Source: Clostridiales bacterium (GTDB lineage: Bacteria > Bacillota > Clostridia > Christensenellales > CAG-138). From it: a stretch of DNA of 64,000 bases. A program made the translations under genes and the position numbers. The notes beneath the pieces were generated by a model that saw only the letters and a list, made by a program, of their open reading frames with translations, had not been told where the DNA came from and did not search any database. Of the stretch, positions 61,057 to 64,000 are shown piece after piece. Position 1 is the first letter of the stretch; each line of letters starts with the position of its first letter. Location of the stretch: assembly GCA_024691085.1 (NCBI GenBank), contig JAILNX010000005.1, forward strand, positions 3,527-67,526, read 5' to 3'.

Positions 61057-61847
61057 ACCGCTTCCTTTCCGCGTTCCCTGTCATCAGAAGGGGACGCGAA
61101 TTTGTTTTCATGCGCTCTTACGAACTCCATAACTCCGCTCATCGTCAGCTTCCCGCATTTTCCGTCGGGGGAGCCGCAGTAGTACCCCAGCGCGTTCAGC
61201 GCCTTCTGCAGGTTCAGTATGCTTTCGCCCTGTATCATCGGGCGCCTGACGGAGAGGATGACCTGCTCATCGCGGTATTCGGGATCGTAGGACAGCCTTC
61301 TCGTCACGAGCCCCCTGTGTGTCCAGGGACGTTCGGAGAACCTCGTAACCACTACGCCGAAGCGTATGCCGCGCGCCTCAACAGCAAGCGGCTCGCCGTT
61401 TAAAAAGCCGCAGACGAAGCCGACGTGCGTCATGCGCCCCTCACCGTTACGGTAGAAAAGCGCCTCGCCGAGCTCATACGGCCTTGTTATCTCTTCAACG
61501 GAGCCGCGATCCGTGCACCACGCGGTGTAGCAGTAGTTCGCGGTGACGTCCGTGCCGAGGAACGCGTCGAGCAGCCCCTGGCAGTCGGTCGCCTTCCGCT
61601 TAAGGGCGACCCAGTTTTCGGTAACGAAGTCGAAAGCCTCGCGTGTCCAGCCCTTTTTCCTGTAAAAATCGTTGTACCGCTCGTCGAGAAGTCCCTTCGT
61701 CACGGTAAATCCGGTCGTGCCGTAGAGGTACTCCCAGGGCTCCGTGCCGCATTCGTCTAAGGAGATGGGGAGCTTGGCGCCCTCCGGCACGCTTTCGGCC
61801 TTCGCGTGGGACAGGGCGAAGCTAATAAAATCAACAGCGTTTTTCAT
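61053..61847 (-). CDS. Endolysin: NlpC/P60-like Cys peptidase plus peptidoglycan-binding domain
   Basis: TDCQGL (Cys), THVG (His), VEARG..GVV.T, and C-terminal LQKALNALGY..G..DG..G..T. Confidence 0.8.
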   Translation of the reverse strand: MKNAVDFISFALSHAKAESVPEGAKLPISLDECGTEPWEYLYGTTGFTVTKGLLDERYNDFYRKKGWTREAFDFVTENWVALKRKATDCQGLLDAFLGTDVTANYCYTAWCTDRGSVEEITRPYELGEALFYRNGEGRMTHVGFVCGFLNGEPLAVEARGIRFGVVVTRFSERPWTHRGLVTRRLSYDPEYRDEQVILSVRRPMIQGESILNLQKALNALGYYCGSPDGKCGKLTMSGVMEFVRAHENKFASPSDDRERGKEAV

Positions 61848-61854
61848 ATTGGCC

Positions 61855-64000
61855 TCAATACCTCCCGTTCACTGTGGTGAACTTGTTCGGCACGTTTCCG
61901 GCGACGCCGAACGCGGCGGGATGACGCGCGACCATCACGATGCGGCTTGCCATATAGCCCGACTTCGCCGCGAGGAAATCGTCTTCGGAGAAGATGCTGC
62001 GCTTCAATACCGGAGGATTGCCGCCGTTGATCGAAGTGACTTCCGCGACCTCGAGGAAGCCGTCCCTTTTGCCGATCACGATCGATCCGTGGTCGATCCT
62101 GCGGAACGCGTTGCTGTAATACTCGTTCATTCCGCTCGGGATCTCCTCGTAGAACACCATATCGCCGACGTCGGCATAGCGAAGCGGTATTTCGTACCCG
62201 TTGTTGAACAGCTCGCAGGCGATATCCGAAGCGTTCAGCGCCGTCCGCGGCTTCTGCGAATTCGGCCACGTTCCGTTCTCGTCATAGCGGGAGTTGAACG
62301 ACCACCCGTGCTCGTAACCGTTCGTACTGCGGTATCCGTATTCGCCTGTCACGACTCCGTTCTCGCGTATCGCAAGCCCGTCCGTGCGCTGACGGATGAG
62401 GAAATTCAGGAAGTATCCCCAATCGAATGCCTTGTTTATCGTTCCGTCATACGTCAAAGGATCGGCAAATGTGCGTGGATCTACGCCGCCCCATATAAGC
62501 TGCGTGAACGCCGTGCAGCAGAGCTGCAGCTTGTTGTTTTCGTCGAACGTCGTTGCCTTGCTTGCGAAGCTGTTTCGCGTGGTAACGAACCTGTAAACAA
62601 CGTTCTCACGAATGGAGTAATATGCGTCGACAAGGTCGAGAATATCCTGCTTCTGCGAGGCGGTAAGCTCGGGAGCGATAAAATCGCGCACCGCTTTCGC
62701 GTCGGCGGCACGACCGCTTATGGAAAGCGTTTCGTCCGTTGCGACCTGCACCGACAGCGCTGCCTGTATCGCCGCGCCGTCCGTTCCGACTTGGCATTGA
62801 CCGCCGTTGACTTTCTTGAAAACGAGGGCAAACTTCCGGCAATCTGCGGGAAGCACGACCGTTCCCGTTGTCCAAGCATTCACAAAACCGTTAAAATCAA
62901 CACCCACACCTCCTGCGCCGTAAGAGCCGTTTTCTCCGTAAGAAGCTACGCGGAACTGATACGTCGTGTCCGTCATTTTGACCGCATATCGCACGGCGGC
63001 ATTATCCATCCTGCCGTTCCACAGGGATTTGGTATGAACCTGGTAATTATCGGCTGAGGTGTATATGCCGCCATCGTCGGTAATCCGTTTCTGCTCAAGG
63101 TTCGGAAGCCACGATATCCAATGCAGGGACGCATCCTCGAACAAGCCGAGCCTGTCGCCCGTTGCTTTTGCGTCGGCGGGAACGCCGGCTTCCGTTAAAT
63201 CCATGTCCGTGGCGGCATAGACCACAAGAGACTCGCTTATCGCGGTAACATCAGCATCGGTTATGACTTGCTCCGTGCCGTTTACGGTGTGACGGAACGC
63301 GAGCGCAAAATTGACAGCGGTCGGAGATATTATAGTCTTGCCCGTCAGCCACGCCGCGTTGCTCTGATAGCCTATCCATCCGGTACCGTCTAACTGTGCG
63401 GGGCTGCCATATAATGCTATCGCGTACTCATAACCTTCGAGGTCAAGCGAAACGGCGAGGCGTCTTATTGCAGCGCCATATATTCGTGATTTGATATCTG
63501 TCCGCGCTCGTTTGGTGTGTTGTTTCGATACGCCGCTCAAATTGATCGTATAGCCTTTCGTTATCGTGCCCATCGACGAGCCCGTCGGATAATAGAGCTG
63601 CGCGATGCTGCCGGCGGCTGATTCCGCATGCGCGGCGGCGGTATCGGCACCCGATATCGCGGCTGCCGTGTCGGTAGATCTCTCCGTTTCGGCAGAAGCC
63701 CTTCCGGTTTCCGCTGCCGCGCGGGCGGTCTCAGCTGCGGCGCGTTCGGCTTCCGCGCCCGCCCTTGCGTTTTCCGCGCTCACTCGCGCTTCCTCGGCGG
63801 AGGTCACCGAATCTATAAGCCGTGTAAGGGCCGGAAACTGCGTCGAGGAGACGATGGCGTCCCCGTTCAGGATAGCGTTCCTGCAGGTAAAGCTGAACCT
63901 CGCCGTGGTCACGAGCGTCTCATACGAGGGCTCGCCGTCCGTCTCTCCCGAATAGATCTGGAGCTCACACTCGACAAGCCCGGGGGAGAACGACGAAGGC
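61855..64000 (-). CDS. BppU-like baseplate/tail protein (5' end beyond the window)
   Basis: Frame stays open to the window edge: SPGLVECELQIY...LVTTARFSF (BppU N-terminal pattern), AE.AR coiled-coil repeats, two D..L...G..ADAKA..D repeats, C-terminal NlpC/P60-like domain. Confidence 0.7.
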   Translation of the reverse strand, partial: PSSFSPGLVECELQIYSGETDGEPSYETLVTTARFSFTCRNAILNGDAIVSSTQFPALTRLIDSVTSAEEARVSAENARAGAEAERAAAETARAAAETGRASAETERSTDTAAAISGADTAAAHAESAAGSIAQLYYPTGSSMGTITKGYTINLSGVSKQHTKRARTDIKSRIYGAAIRRLAVSLDLEGYEYAIALYGSPAQLDGTGWIGYQSNAAWLTGKTIISPTAVNFALAFRHTVNGTEQVITDADVTAISESLVVYAATDMDLTEAGVPADAKATGDRLGLFEDASLHWISWLPNLEQKRITDDGGIYTSADNYQVHTKSLWNGRMDNAAVRYAVKMTDTTYQFRVASYGENGSYGAGGVGVDFNGFVNAWTTGTVVLPADCRKFALVFKKVNGGQCQVGTDGAAIQAALSVQVATDETLSISGRAADAKAVRDFIAPELTASQKQDILDLVDAYYSIRENVVYRFVTTRNSFASKATTFDENNKLQLCCTAFTQLIWGGVDPRTFADPLTYDGTINKAFDWGYFLNFLIRQRTDGLAIRENGVVTGEYGYRSTNGYEHGWSFNSRYDENGTWPNSQKPRTALNASDIACELFNNGYEIPLRYADVGDMVFYEEIPSGMNEYYSNAFRRIDHGSIVIGKRDGFLEVAEVTSINGGNPPVLKRSIFSEDDFLAAKSGYMASRIVMVARHPAAFGVAGNVPNKFTTVNGRY

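Larger units (their letters stand above)
56846..64000 (-). mobile_element. Phage-derived virion/lysis gene cluster (domesticated or defective prophage, GTA-like candidate), partial
   Basis: Tail, lysin, holin, terminase and portal genes on one strand, interrupted by an antisense host gene. No integrase or att site visible in the window. Confidence 0.65.

Overview
GC-rich Clostridia-type (probably Christensenellales/Oscillospirales-like) chromosomal window, mostly housekeeping genes: pyrG, yabN/mazG, ansA, hpf, addA, lspA-rluD, pyrR-uraA, cysS, engB, rpsB-tsf, maf, a pur operon with folD, nfnAB and an archaeal-type aspS, plus many lipoproteins and surface proteins. The most striking region is the right end (56.8-64 kb). 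It holds phage virion genes (BppU-like baseplate/tail protein, endolysin, holin, large terminase, portal) in a permuted order, with host-like codon usage in most of them. A host EamA transporter on the opposite strand splits them, and no small terminase, integrase or replication genes are visible. The terminase can only begin at a non-canonical codon. This looks like a domesticated phage or gene-transfer-agent-like system rather than an ordinary prophage, but that is inference and the element continues past the window edge. Other notable items: a DnaA-box cluster far from dnaA, a ~290-bp element bounded by inverted repeats, orphan kamBC-like reactivase genes, a catalytically degenerate MreB paralog with a forespore-type promoter and RBS-sequestering repeat, and an ECF sigma factor with a 930-aa modular anti-sigma. 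No rRNA, tRNA or CRISPR array was recognised. All calls come from motif recognition by eye; no searches were run.
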